Source: Terriglobia bacterium
GTDB lineage: Bacteria; Acidobacteriota; Terriglobia; Bryobacterales; Bryobacteraceae
Assembly: GCA_963767485.1 (NCBI GenBank)
Contig: CAVYDZ010000004.1
Location: 109,744 to 173,743 of the forward strand
Reading direction: 5' to 3'
DNA length: 64,000 nt
The stretch's first letter is position 1; each line of letters starts with the position of its first letter. The notes under the pieces were generated by a model that searched no databases, had not been told where the DNA came from, and worked only from the letters and a program-made list of their open reading frames with translations. Shown here piece by piece: positions 1 through 10,725 of the stretch. The position numbers were made by a program, and so were the translations under genes.

Positions 1-1835
<1,835 letters not shown>

Positions 1836-1854
1836 TCTGCCGCCTGAACGCTCG

Positions 1855-3159
1855 ATGATTGAGGCTGGAGCCCGGGCGGCTTCTATCTGGAAGCGCATCA
1901 AAGGGCAAACCGCTTTCGTCTACGATCTGATCGCTGTTTATGGCATCCACTTTGCCAACCAGGCGCTTCCATTAATCACGGTTCCCTATCTTTCTCGCGT
2001 GCTGGGACCGGCAAGCTGGGGTCTGGTTGCGATGGCGCAGGCATTCGGTATGTATGGAAACCTGGTGGTCGATTACGGCTTCGTCTATTCGGCTACGCGT
2101 CAGATCGCAACCGCAGCGGGCGATGGCGAAGTGGAAGAAATCATTGCGGGCGTTTCCGGCGCAAAGATATTTCTCAGTGCCGCCGCGCTGCTCGCCGCAA
2201 TGATTGCCTGGTGGTTTGTTCCCTTATTTCATGAGCACCCGGTGCTGCTTTGGATGGCGGTGGCTTCGGAGATCATAAAGGCGTGCCTGCCGGTTTATTA
2301 TTTTTATGGCATTCAGCGGGTCGCGATCGCTTCGCTGCTCGACATTCTGGCCCGCACGGCGTCGGCTGCCGGTATTTTTCTGTTCGTGCACAATGCGCAG
2401 GATGCCTGGAAAATATTTGCTTTGACCGGCATCACGTCGGCGGTTGCTTTGGTTGCCGGGCACGCCCTCATTCGCAAGCGCTACCGCCTCCGGTGGCCGC
2501 GCCTGCAGGCTGGATGGCACATGCTGCACGAGGGCTGGGCGATGTTTTTATTCCGGAGCGCGCACAGCATTTATACGCTCGGCAACGCGTTCATCCTCGG
2601 CTTATTCGCTCCGCCGAGCGCGGTCGGCTATTACGCTGGCGCCGAAAAGATCGGCACCGCCGCAGTGGGCCTGCTCGCGCCTCTGACGACGGTCCTTTAT
2701 CCGCGGGCCGCCGCTATGGTGAAGGTCTCGCTTTCCAAAGCAGCGAAAGTGACTCGCTATACGCTTTACCTGGTCGGCACAGGAAGCGTCTGTATGGGGC
2801 TGGTTCTCTGGTTCGGCGCTCCCCTCATCGTGCGAATTATTCTTGGTCCGCATTTCTCGGAAAGCGATAGCGTGCTGCGGATTCTGAGCCTGCGCGCGCC
2901 CCTAATTGCCTGGACCAACATTCTCGGCTTCCAGTGGCTACTGGTGCTCGGCCTCGAACGGCAATTTCAAAAGATCACCGTGGCTGCCTTGATTCTGAAT
3001 ACTCTGCTTGCCACGGTTCTCGCGCCGCGTTTCTCATATAACGGCATGGCATGGGCCGTGCTGCTCTCGCAAGCGGTGGCCGCGCTCGGGATTTTCCTCG
3101 TCCTCCAGCGCAAAAAGCTGAATCCATTTTCTAAGGTCCTGAGCCAGACCCATGCCTGA
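1855..3159 (+). CDS. Oligosaccharide flippase (Wzx / polysaccharide biosynthesis protein family)
   Basis: 434 aa polytopic membrane protein with an N-terminus typical of Wzx flippases (LPLITVPYLSRVLGPASWGLVAMAQAFGMY). It sits in an EPS locus, and its stop overlaps the next start. Confidence 0.75.
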   Translation: MIEAGARAASIWKRIKGQTAFVYDLIAVYGIHFANQALPLITVPYLSRVLGPASWGLVAMAQAFGMYGNLVVDYGFVYSATRQIATAAGDGEVEEIIAGVSGAKIFLSAAALLAAMIAWWFVPLFHEHPVLLWMAVASEIIKACLPVYYFYGIQRVAIASLLDILARTASAAGIFLFVHNAQDAWKIFALTGITSAVALVAGHALIRKRYRLRWPRLQAGWHMLHEGWAMFLFRSAHSIYTLGNAFILGLFAPPSAVGYYAGAEKIGTAAVGLLAPLTTVLYPRAAAMVKVSLSKAAKVTRYTLYLVGTGSVCMGLVLWFGAPLIVRIILGPHFSESDSVLRILSLRAPLIAWTNILGFQWLLVLGLERQFQKITVAALILNTLLATVLAPRFSYNGMAWAVLLSQAVAALGIFLVLQRKKLNPFSKVLSQTHA

Positions 3160-4281
3160 GCCGCGCGTGGTTTTTTTAGTCAACGTGATCGCGCCATATC
3201 AGAAGCCTGTGTTCGACCGGCTGGCCCGCCACTTCGCCCACATGCGCATATTGCTGTCGACGCCGATGGAAAGCAATCGTTCCTGGAAAATCGACTGGCA
3301 CGGGTTAGATACCGCCGTTCAGAAAACCATCACCATCAACCGGAGCTGGCGTCATCCGCAAGGGTTTCGCGAGGCGCTCTATATTCATCTGCCCATCGAT
3401 ACCGTTTCGCAGTTACGGCGTTACCGTGCGAACGTGGTGGTCTCCTGGGAGATGGGCGTGCGTACCATGCTGGCCGCGCTGTACCGGTGGGTCTACCGCA
3501 GCTCAAAATTGCTCGTCTGGGCCGAATTTTCCGAGTCGGTCGATCATGGCCGTGGACGCCTCCGCTTTCTTTTGCGGAAAATCCTGCACCATGCGGTAGA
3601 CGGGTTTCTTGTCACTGGTGAAAGCGGAGCGCGGTATCTCAGAAGCCTCGGTGTGCCGGAAAGGAAGATTCACAAAATTGCGTACACTACCGAAGTCTCT
3701 TATTTCGCGCGCGCAGAACCGCAACCGTCAGATAACGGATGCCGCCGTCTTCTTTACGTCGGGCAACTGATCGAACGCAAAGGCCTGCTTCCATTCCTGG
3801 CTACTCTCGCGCGCTGGGGTGAACAGAATCCCGATCGCAAAGTGGAATTCAGGCTAGCCGGCGACGGTCCCTTACGACGGGCCTTGCAAAACATTCTTTG
3901 CCCCCCAATGTCACGATCGCTTTCCCCGGCGAGATCAGCTACGAAGACCTCCCGGAAGTCTACGCGAGCGCCGATACGTTTGTCTTCCCAACGCTCGCCG
4001 ATACCTGGGGAGTGGTGGTGAATGAAGCCATGGCTTCCGGACTGCCTGTTCTCGGAAGCCTCTACGGCCAAGCCGTTTCCGAATTAGTGCTCGACACAGT
4101 GAATGGCTGGACGTTCCGGCCCGATGTTCCGGCCGAAATGACAGATGCCCTGGATCGATGTCTTGCGGCGGGGCGCGAAGATCTTCTGAAGATGGGTTGC
4201 AAGGCGCGCGAAACAGCCTTGCGCCTCACGCCAGAATACGTCAGCAGTCTCATCGCGCGAGGAATCGAGTCCGTTCTTTAG
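3152..4281 (+). pseudogene. Glycosyltransferase family 4, split by a frameshift near 3893-3906
   Basis: ORF 3152-4021 carries the N-terminal half. ORF 3898-4281 carries the C-terminal GT4 motif (FVFPTLADTWGVVVNEAMASGLPVLGS). The two frames meet at attctttgcccccc (T3 + C6). This could be a sequencing error. Confidence 0.75.
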
Positions 4282-4283
4282 GT

Positions 4284-5633
4284 ATGGCGAATCTTCCCAT
4301 TGCGCTCTACGCTGTTCTCTTTCTGATCGCGCTGTTTGCGCCGCTGCGCTGGTCTATCGTAGCTTTCATTCTGCTCGCGAACATCGATCTCGGCTCGCTC
4401 AGCGCAAGCATCGGCGTCCTGAATACGATTAAAGCGCTGGTACTTCCGGTCTTCCTGCTGTGGCGGTTCCGCGCCTACGCAGGCCATTCGAAAATCGGCT
4501 CCGCAGCCATCGCCTGGAGCCTGCTTATCCTGTACGCGGCCATCGCCTCGGTCTGGTCGAACTTTCCCTCGTATGCCATCAAGCTCATCGGCCATATGGT
4601 CGGCTCGCTGGTGATCTGCATGGTGCTGATCCGCGCCACGAAGGGCGGTCACTTGAACCCGCTCTCGGTTGTGCCCGTCTCGATCGCGACGCTCTTCATC
4701 GCATGCCTGCACTGGTTTTTCCTGCACTCCTGGGGCGGCGAACCCGAGCGCTTTACAACGTTCGCGGGAGCCCAGGCATTCGCTGCATTTCTCGCCGCTT
4801 TGTACACCGTGGTGATCGTTTATGATGCGCTGCAGTTGCGGATTCGCATACCGCTGGCTGTTGCGCTCTTCGCCGCTATGGTGATGAATGGCAGCCGGCT
4901 CTGGATTAGCGCTCTTTTCCTGATTTCTTTCCTGGCTATCTTCACCTCGAATCTCCGCTCGTGGGTTAAGATTTTCGCGCTTGGCTTTACTCTGATGCTC
5001 GGCTCCGCCGTTACGCTCGAATTCAATCCGATCATGAATTTCCTCGCGCGCGAATCCTCATCCAATCGCATCGCGGCCGCTATTTCCGCGGCGTATCAGG
5101 GCAACATGCAATCCCGTGGGCTCGGGACCTACAATCTCCGCCACGAACTCTACCGGCGCACCATGCATAGCCTCGAAAAAGATTCTCTCGCGCAGTTCGT
5201 CTTCGGTCACGGAACTTGTAATGGAGCGCTTATCGTCGCGACTCTGGCCAAGAACCCGGACCCGAATCGCGCTATGCACGACGAGTGGCTGCGGGCGATT
5301 TATGAGTGGGGCATAGTCGGCCTCACGCTCTGGGTTTTCTTTATCGGAGCGCTGTTCGTCTACGCGCTCGTGGGAGTGCGCCAGCGCAAGAGCTCCTACG
5401 CGATGCCTCTGCTGCTGTATCTGCCTGCATTCGCCATCGGCTTGTCGGGCGAAAATTTCATCGCCGGGGCCGGGAACGTGGTCAGCGTCGGCCTGCTGTT
5501 CCTGATCGCTTTCGCGAGCATCTCCTATCGCTCGAATCGAAGGCTTCCGCGGCGCGCCCCGCTTCCGGATTTCAGTGGATCAGCCTTTCGTGTGCCGCAG
5601 GCTTCCGGCCGCCTTGAGCGTCCAACCGCGTGA
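4284..5633 (+). CDS. O-antigen/EPS polymerase-like membrane protein (Wzy / O-antigen ligase family)
   Basis: The ATG at 4284 (MANLPIALYAVLFL) lies 2 nt after the GT4 stop. The protein is polytopic, with a large loop region (RHELYRRTMHSLEKDSLAQFVFGHG) reminiscent of Wzy_C-type proteins. Confidence 0.6.
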   Translation: MANLPIALYAVLFLIALFAPLRWSIVAFILLANIDLGSLSASIGVLNTIKALVLPVFLLWRFRAYAGHSKIGSAAIAWSLLILYAAIASVWSNFPSYAIKLIGHMVGSLVICMVLIRATKGGHLNPLSVVPVSIATLFIACLHWFFLHSWGGEPERFTTFAGAQAFAAFLAALYTVVIVYDALQLRIRIPLAVALFAAMVMNGSRLWISALFLISFLAIFTSNLRSWVKIFALGFTLMLGSAVTLEFNPIMNFLARESSSNRIAAAISAAYQGNMQSRGLGTYNLRHELYRRTMHSLEKDSLAQFVFGHGTCNGALIVATLAKNPDPNRAMHDEWLRAIYEWGIVGLTLWVFFIGALFVYALVGVRQRKSSYAMPLLLYLPAFAIGLSGENFIAGAGNVVSVGLLFLIAFASISYRSNRRLPRRAPLPDFSGSAFRVPQASGRLERPTA

Positions 5634-6790
5634 AAATTCTTCAACTCCACAATCTTTATCAGCGGCCAGGCGGCGAAGACCAGGTGGTTGCCGCGGAACG
5701 CGATCTTCTTGTAAACCGCGGCCATGCGGTCGAGCAGTATCAGTTGCACAACGATGAAATCGGTACGCTCCCCGCCTGGCACGTGGCGCTCAAGACGCTC
5801 TGGAATGGCGCAGCCCGCCGTGCTATCGAAACCCTGATGGCTCAATTTCAGCCCGACATCGTCCACGCCCACAATACGTTCCCGCTGATCTCGCCTTCTG
5901 CCTATTACGCGGGCGCCGCGAATCATCCGCCCGTGATCCAAACGCTGCACAACTTCCGCCTGATCTGCCCCGCCGCCACGCTCTACCGCGACGGCCGCGT
6001 CTGCGAAGATTGCCTTCAGGCATTCGCGCCTTATCCGGGAATTCTGCATGGCTGTTACCGAGGCAGCCGCGGCGCGAGCGCTGTTACGGCAGGCATGCTT
6101 ACTGCCCATCGTGCGGCGGGAACCTGGACCCGTAGGATCCATACTTACATTGCGCTCACGAATGCGGCCAAACTTAAATTCGTGCAGGGCGGCCTGCCGG
6201 CCGATAAGATCGTGGTGAAGCCGAATTTTCTTTCCGAAGATCCCGGCGCCGGCTCGGGCGACGGTTGCTTCGCCCTGTTTCTCGGCCGCCTCAGCGAGGA
6301 AAAAGGCATACGTACCCTACTGAGCGCCTGGCGGCAGATCCCGAACCTTCCCTTGAAAATCGCCGGCGACGGTCCATTGCGCGATTTCGTAAAAGACAGC
6401 ATCGAGGATCTGCCAAACGTCAGCTGGTTAGGCCAGCAGCCCCACTCAGATGTCCTGCAATTGTTGAAGGACGCTCTGGTGCTGGTGTTCCCATCGGAAT
6501 GGTACGAAGGACAACCCCTGACGCTTATCGAATCCGCCGCGTGTGGAACGCCTGTGATTTTGTCCGATCTGGGTTCAATGGGAGAATGGGCGAGAGTGAG
6601 TGGTCTTGCAATGCCCTTTACTCCAGGCGATGCGGTCGGTCTGGCGAAACAGGTAGAAGCGTTCGCAGCGCAGCCGGAAGGCCATGCTGAGTTGCGAAGG
6701 CGTATGCGCGAGTTTTATCTCGCGCACTATACCCCCGAACAAAACTACCGGCAATTGCTTGCCATTTATCGGAGAGCGGCATCCCAATGA
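5630..6790 (+). CDS. Glycosyltransferase family 4
   Basis: N-terminus MKILQLHNLYQRPGGED and C-terminal motif EGQPLTLIESAACGTPVILSD. It shows GTGA and ATGA overlaps with its neighbours. Confidence 0.8.
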   Translation: MKILQLHNLYQRPGGEDQVVAAERDLLVNRGHAVEQYQLHNDEIGTLPAWHVALKTLWNGAARRAIETLMAQFQPDIVHAHNTFPLISPSAYYAGAANHPPVIQTLHNFRLICPAATLYRDGRVCEDCLQAFAPYPGILHGCYRGSRGASAVTAGMLTAHRAAGTWTRRIHTYIALTNAAKLKFVQGGLPADKIVVKPNFLSEDPGAGSGDGCFALFLGRLSEEKGIRTLLSAWRQIPNLPLKIAGDGPLRDFVKDSIEDLPNVSWLGQQPHSDVLQLLKDALVLVFPSEWYEGQPLTLIESAACGTPVILSDLGSMGEWARVSGLAMPFTPGDAVGLAKQVEAFAAQPEGHAELRRRMREFYLAHYTPEQNYRQLLAIYRRAASQ

Positions 6791-8229
6791 GTGCGGCCGT
6801 CGCGCCTGAAACCGTCGCTATCCCGAAATTCAGGAAGCGCTCCTGGGCCACCCTCGCGCTGATTCTGGTTGATATTCTGGCGCTCGAGCTTTCGTTGCTG
6901 CTCGGCTGCATCGTTCGTTTATTCCTCCACTCGATTTTTCCTATCGCCTTGAATGGCCCCCAGTATCAGGGGCTTGCCCTCGGCATTCTCACGCTCCCGC
7001 TGGCTTATGGCTGGGTGGGCCTTTATCCCGGTTACGGCATGAGCGCCGTCCAGCGTATTCGCGGGCGGGTTTATGCGACTGCAACGATCTTCTTAGTCCT
7101 GCTGTTGTGGAATTACACGCTCTATGACGGCCAGTGGTCGCGCGGCGTGCTCATCCTGACGCTCTTTTTTGCGCTCGTATTTGCGCCCACGCTCGAAGCG
7201 CCGCTCCGCAAGTTTCTCATCCGCCACGGCATCTGCGGCGTACCGGTGGTGGTGCTCGGTGCAGGAGAAACCGGCTCGCAAGTTGCACGCATCCTTCAGA
7301 AAGAACGCGGCCTCGGCTTTGTGCTCGTCGGGTTGCTCGATGACGATCCGCAGAAGTGGGGAAAAACCGTTCACGGCGTTCCCGTGATCGGCCCGCTATC
7401 CGCCGCCGACCGCTTTGTGGGGCGGGCCAAGGTCGCGCTCATCGCAATTCCCAGAATGCAGCGCCAGCGCCTTTCGCATCTGATTGAAAGCCTTTCGTTC
7501 CCAAACGTGATCGTGGTGCCGGATTTATTCGGCATTCAGAGCCTCTGGATCACGTCGCGCGATATCGGCGGCGTGCTCGGCCTGGAAGTAAAGAAGAACC
7601 TGCTTCTGCCCTCCAGCCGGCTACTCAAACGCGGTCTTGACTACCTGGTCGCGCTCCCCAGTTTCCTGGTGAGCCTTCCTTTGCTCGCCATTTTCGCGTT
7701 TTGGATCCGGCTTATCAGCCCCGGTTCGCCGTTCTTCCTTCAGGAGCGGGAAGGAAAAGGCGGCCGACGCATCCGTGTGGTTAAGCTGCGCACCATGCAT
7801 CCCGAAGCCGAACGCCTACTCGAAGCGCATTTAGCAAATCACCCTGACGAGCGGGAAAGCTGGCTGCGTTATTACAAATTGCGCAAAGACCCGCGCATCC
7901 TTCCGGGCATCGGCTGGTTCCTGCGCCGCTATAGCCTCGATGAATTGCCGCAGCTCTGGAATGTATTGCGCGGCGATATGAGCCTGGTCGGTCCCCGCCC
8001 GTTTCCGCATTATCATCTGAACAGTTTTCCGGAGAGTTTTCGATCGCTGCGCGCGAGTGTCATGCCCGGCATCACTGGGTTGTGGCAAGTCTCTGCCCGC
8101 AGCGACGGCAATCTCGAGATCCAGCAGACGGAAGATACGTATTACATCCGCAATTGGTCTGTCTGGCTCGATATCTACATCCTGACGCGTACGATCGTCA
8201 CGGTGTTGTTCCCGCACGGCGCATATTAG
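6787..8229 (+). CDS. Undecaprenyl-phosphate sugar phosphotransferase (WbaP/exopolysaccharide initiating transferase type)
   Basis: N-terminal TM segments, a central CoA-binding-like region (VVVLGAGETGSQVA), and a C-terminal bacterial sugar transferase domain (DELPQLWNVLRGDMSLVGPRP, GITGLWQV, YYIRNWSVWLDIYIL). Confidence 0.85.
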   Translation: MSAAVAPETVAIPKFRKRSWATLALILVDILALELSLLLGCIVRLFLHSIFPIALNGPQYQGLALGILTLPLAYGWVGLYPGYGMSAVQRIRGRVYATATIFLVLLLWNYTLYDGQWSRGVLILTLFFALVFAPTLEAPLRKFLIRHGICGVPVVVLGAGETGSQVARILQKERGLGFVLVGLLDDDPQKWGKTVHGVPVIGPLSAADRFVGRAKVALIAIPRMQRQRLSHLIESLSFPNVIVVPDLFGIQSLWITSRDIGGVLGLEVKKNLLLPSSRLLKRGLDYLVALPSFLVSLPLLAIFAFWIRLISPGSPFFLQEREGKGGRRIRVVKLRTMHPEAERLLEAHLANHPDERESWLRYYKLRKDPRILPGIGWFLRRYSLDELPQLWNVLRGDMSLVGPRPFPHYHLNSFPESFRSLRASVMPGITGLWQVSARSDGNLEIQQTEDTYYIRNWSVWLDIYILTRTIVTVLFPHGAY

Positions 8230-8234
8230 ATTTC

Positions 8235-8549
8235 GGAGTGGTTCGAAAGGGGGGACACGCCGCGGGGCCTGGGGGGCTACTGAAGAAGCCTGTCCGCGAG
8301 GGGTTGTACTTAATCCTCGTGGTTCGAAGGGGACACGCCTGCGGGGGGACTGGGGAAGGGTATCTGAAGAAGCCCGGCATGTCCCCGAGGGGCTTGGTCT
8401 GTCGGAGTGGTTCGTAAGGGGACACGCCTGCGGGGCGGGACTGAGGGTATCTGAAGAACCCGGAGTGTCCGGAGTGGTTCGGAGGGGACCCCTGCGGGGC
8501 GGACTGGGGAAGGGTATCTGAAGAAGCCCGGATGTCCCCGAGGGGCCTG
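8235..8549. repeat. Tandem array of four G-rich repeat units of about 70-80 bp, in a convergent intergenic region
   Basis: Units lie at about 8235-8306, 8318-8396, 8403-8470 and 8471-8549. Consensus: GGAGTGGTTCGnAAGGGGACACGCCTGCGGGGnGGACTGGGGAAGGGTATCTGAAGAAGCCCGGnATGTCCCCGAGGGGC. Units 2 and 4 contain the inverted pair GGGGACA...TGTCCCC. Confidence 0.85.
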
Positions 8550-8574
8550 TGGTGACGAGGGCCTTGTGCGAGTT

Positions 8575-9243
8575 TTAGGGCTGAAGGGCCAGTGTAGCCT
8601 TCCCGGCGGACCCCGTGTAGATCAGCTCGAGCGAATGGATTCCCTTGGTTTTTCCGCGATACGGGAAAAACAGAAGTCCTCCTACGGGCAGCGCGCGTTC
8701 TCCCTCGGGAAGCGAAGACTTTATTACATATTGAGACATGGAACGTTGCAGCTCGATCGGAATATGAACCGGCGGCGGAGGCCCGGAATCGCTTTGCCCG
8801 CCAGTGCTCAGGCCGCCCTTCGATTTCGATTTCGATTGCGCTTCGTCGGGGGATATCCACTGAGGATCTCGCAGCGAGCTTAACACCACGACATACGGCA
8901 CGCTCGGCAGCGGAGATTTTTTGCCGTTGACACGCAAACTAAAGTTGTCAGTGGAAAGCGTGACTTTGCCGCCAGCCGCACCGAACAGACCCGTCTCTAC
9001 GACCACATAGTTCTCGGTAGAAAGCGGACCTTCGGGCCGCGGAATAGAGTGCCCCATAAACTCGGCCGCCAGCGTAACCGATCCGGCCTGGGTGTGCGCC
9101 TGATAGTCGCCCGGTGTCGCGCGCGGCGGCATTCCCTTAAATTCATTGAGCAGCGCCGCCGGAGCTTCCGCATTTTGCGCGGGCGCGCCGGGACACCAGA
9201 GAATCATGAAGAGAGCAGGAATCCAGACGGGAGAAAACCGCAT
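8575..9243 (-). CDS. Hypothetical secreted protein
   Basis: 222 aa with an N-terminal signal peptide (MRFSPVWIPALFMILWCPGAPAQ). No domain recognised. Confidence 0.5.
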   Translation of the reverse strand: MRFSPVWIPALFMILWCPGAPAQNAEAPAALLNEFKGMPPRATPGDYQAHTQAGSVTLAAEFMGHSIPRPEGPLSTENYVVVETGLFGAAGGKVTLSTDNFSLRVNGKKSPLPSVPYVVVLSSLRDPQWISPDEAQSKSKSKGGLSTGGQSDSGPPPPVHIPIELQRSMSQYVIKSSLPEGERALPVGGLLFFPYRGKTKGIHSLELIYTGSAGKATLALQP

Positions 9244-9322
9244 TTTCTTTCACAAACTAGCATAGGCGCATCGTGAGCGGCTGAGATCGACGGCAGTAAA
9301 GCGTGATATCGTTTGTCTGGCT

Positions 9323-10210
9323 ATGCAGCACTCTGTTTCAAACTCCTCTTCGCGGCGGCAGTTCGTGCGCCGGATAGCAGGTTCTTCCGTGGCACTTGCC
9401 TCCGCCAATGCACTCTTTGCGCAGAAGAAACGCCGCATTCCGATTGGCCTCGAACTGTATTCGGTCCGCCACGATTTAGAAAAAGACGAAATGGGTACGC
9501 TGCAGAATGTGGCGCAGCTCGGTTATCAATGCGTCGAGTTTTTCGCTCCCTATTATTCCTGGACGCCCGAGCACGCCAAAGCTGTGCGAGCCAAGCTCGA
9601 TGAGCTAAAGATCCATTGCTATTCGACGCATAACGGCTATGATTCGTTCACCTCCAGCGGCGTTCAGAAGGCCATCGAGTTGAATCAAATCCTCGGCACT
9701 CGTTTTATAGTGATGTCCTCCACCGGCCGTGAGCTGACGACGGCGGATGAATGGAAGAAAGTGGCGGAGACGCTAAATACCGCGAACGAAAGAATGGCGT
9801 CTTCGGGCTTGCATGCCGGGTATCACAATCATGACGCAGAATGGAAGCCGGTTGAGGGGCAGAAGCCGATGGAAATTCTCGCAAAGAATACGGACAAATC
9901 CATCATGTTGCAGCTCGACGTCGGCACGTGCGTTGAAGCCGGCAGCGATCCGGTAGCCTGGATCGAGCAGAACCCGGGACGCATTCGTTCGCTGCACCTG
10001 AAAGACTGGGCGCCCCAGCAGGGCTACAAAGTGCTGTTCGGAGAAGGCGTCTGCCCCTGGACAAAGATCTTCGAGGCGGCCGAGACAAAGGGCGGCGTTG
10101 AATACTATCTGATCGAGCAGGAAGGCAGCCGGTATCCGGAATTAGAAACTGTCAAGCGCTGCCTGGCAAATTACAAGACTCTTCGGTCCGGCGGTAAGGT
10201 CTCCGCATAA
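9323..10210 (+). CDS. Sugar phosphate isomerase/epimerase (xylose isomerase-like TIM barrel), Tat-signal bearing
   Basis: Twin-arginine-like leader SSRRQFVRRIAGSSVALASANALFA. The body resembles the AP-endonuclease-2/xylose-isomerase-like fold family (GYHNHDAEW, LHLKDW). Confidence 0.65.
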   Translation: MQHSVSNSSSRRQFVRRIAGSSVALASANALFAQKKRRIPIGLELYSVRHDLEKDEMGTLQNVAQLGYQCVEFFAPYYSWTPEHAKAVRAKLDELKIHCYSTHNGYDSFTSSGVQKAIELNQILGTRFIVMSSTGRELTTADEWKKVAETLNTANERMASSGLHAGYHNHDAEWKPVEGQKPMEILAKNTDKSIMLQLDVGTCVEAGSDPVAWIEQNPGRIRSLHLKDWAPQQGYKVLFGEGVCPWTKIFEAAETKGGVEYYLIEQEGSRYPELETVKRCLANYKTLRSGGKVSA

Positions 10211-10215
10211 AGAAC

Positions 10216-10725
10216 GTGGCCGTTTCCGCGGAGCAGCGTATTCGTATCCTTATCACTGGCGGCACTTTCGATAAGCAATACGACGAAATCAAGGGCCGGT
10301 TGCTCTTCAAAGATTCGAACCTGCCGGAAATGCTCGAGCTTGGCCGCTGCCGCCTGCCGGTGGAAGTTCGCACGCTCATGATGGTCGACAGTCTGGAAAT
10401 GTCTGAGGCGGACCGCGACTTGATCGTAGAACAATGCGCCGCAGTGCCGGAATCGCGCGTGGTCATTACGCACGGCACGGACACGATGGCCCAGACCGCC
10501 CGCGCGCTTGCGGGCAAAGTGCGAAATAAAACGGTAGTGCTCACCGGAGCGATGGTCCCTTACGCTTTCGGCAGCTCCGATGGACTCTTCAATCTCGGAA
10601 GCGCCCTCGCTTTCGTGCAGACCTTGCCGCACGGCGTATATGTCGCGATGAACGGGCGCTATTTCCCCGCGGCAACCGTTCGGAAAAACTCGACTAGCGG
10701 CTTCTTTGAAGAATTGCCGGATTGA
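10216..10725 (+). CDS. Asparaginase-domain protein (N-terminal domain only, 169 aa)
   Basis: Contains ILITGGTFDK and VITHGTDTMAQTA, which match the two threonine-containing catalytic motifs of L-asparaginases. There is no C-terminal domain. Confidence 0.6.
   Translation: MAVSAEQRIRILITGGTFDKQYDEIKGRLLFKDSNLPEMLELGRCRLPVEVRTLMMVDSLEMSEADRDLIVEQCAAVPESRVVITHGTDTMAQTARALAGKVRNKTVVLTGAMVPYAFGSSDGLFNLGSALAFVQTLPHGVYVAMNGRYFPAATVRKNSTSGFFEELPD

Noticed and set aside
3901-3906. C6 tract in the GT4 gene as a phase-variation switch for the EPS locus
   Set aside because: Six residues is short for slipped-strand phase variation. Similar small-homopolymer breaks occur in unrelated genes, which points to error or random mutation.
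8235-8549. CRISPR array, or tRNA-like element (GGTTCGAA resembles a T-loop)
   Set aside because: The units abut without unique spacers and the whole unit is conserved, so it is a tandem repeat and not a CRISPR array. No acceptor or anticodon arms can be drawn around the GGTTCGAA motif.
8198-8860. 220-aa minus-strand ORF spanning the tandem repeats
   Set aside because: The protein is the repeat unit translated (recurring GFFRYP/PLGDMPG). It overlaps the well-formed secreted-protein gene in another frame and has no start context.
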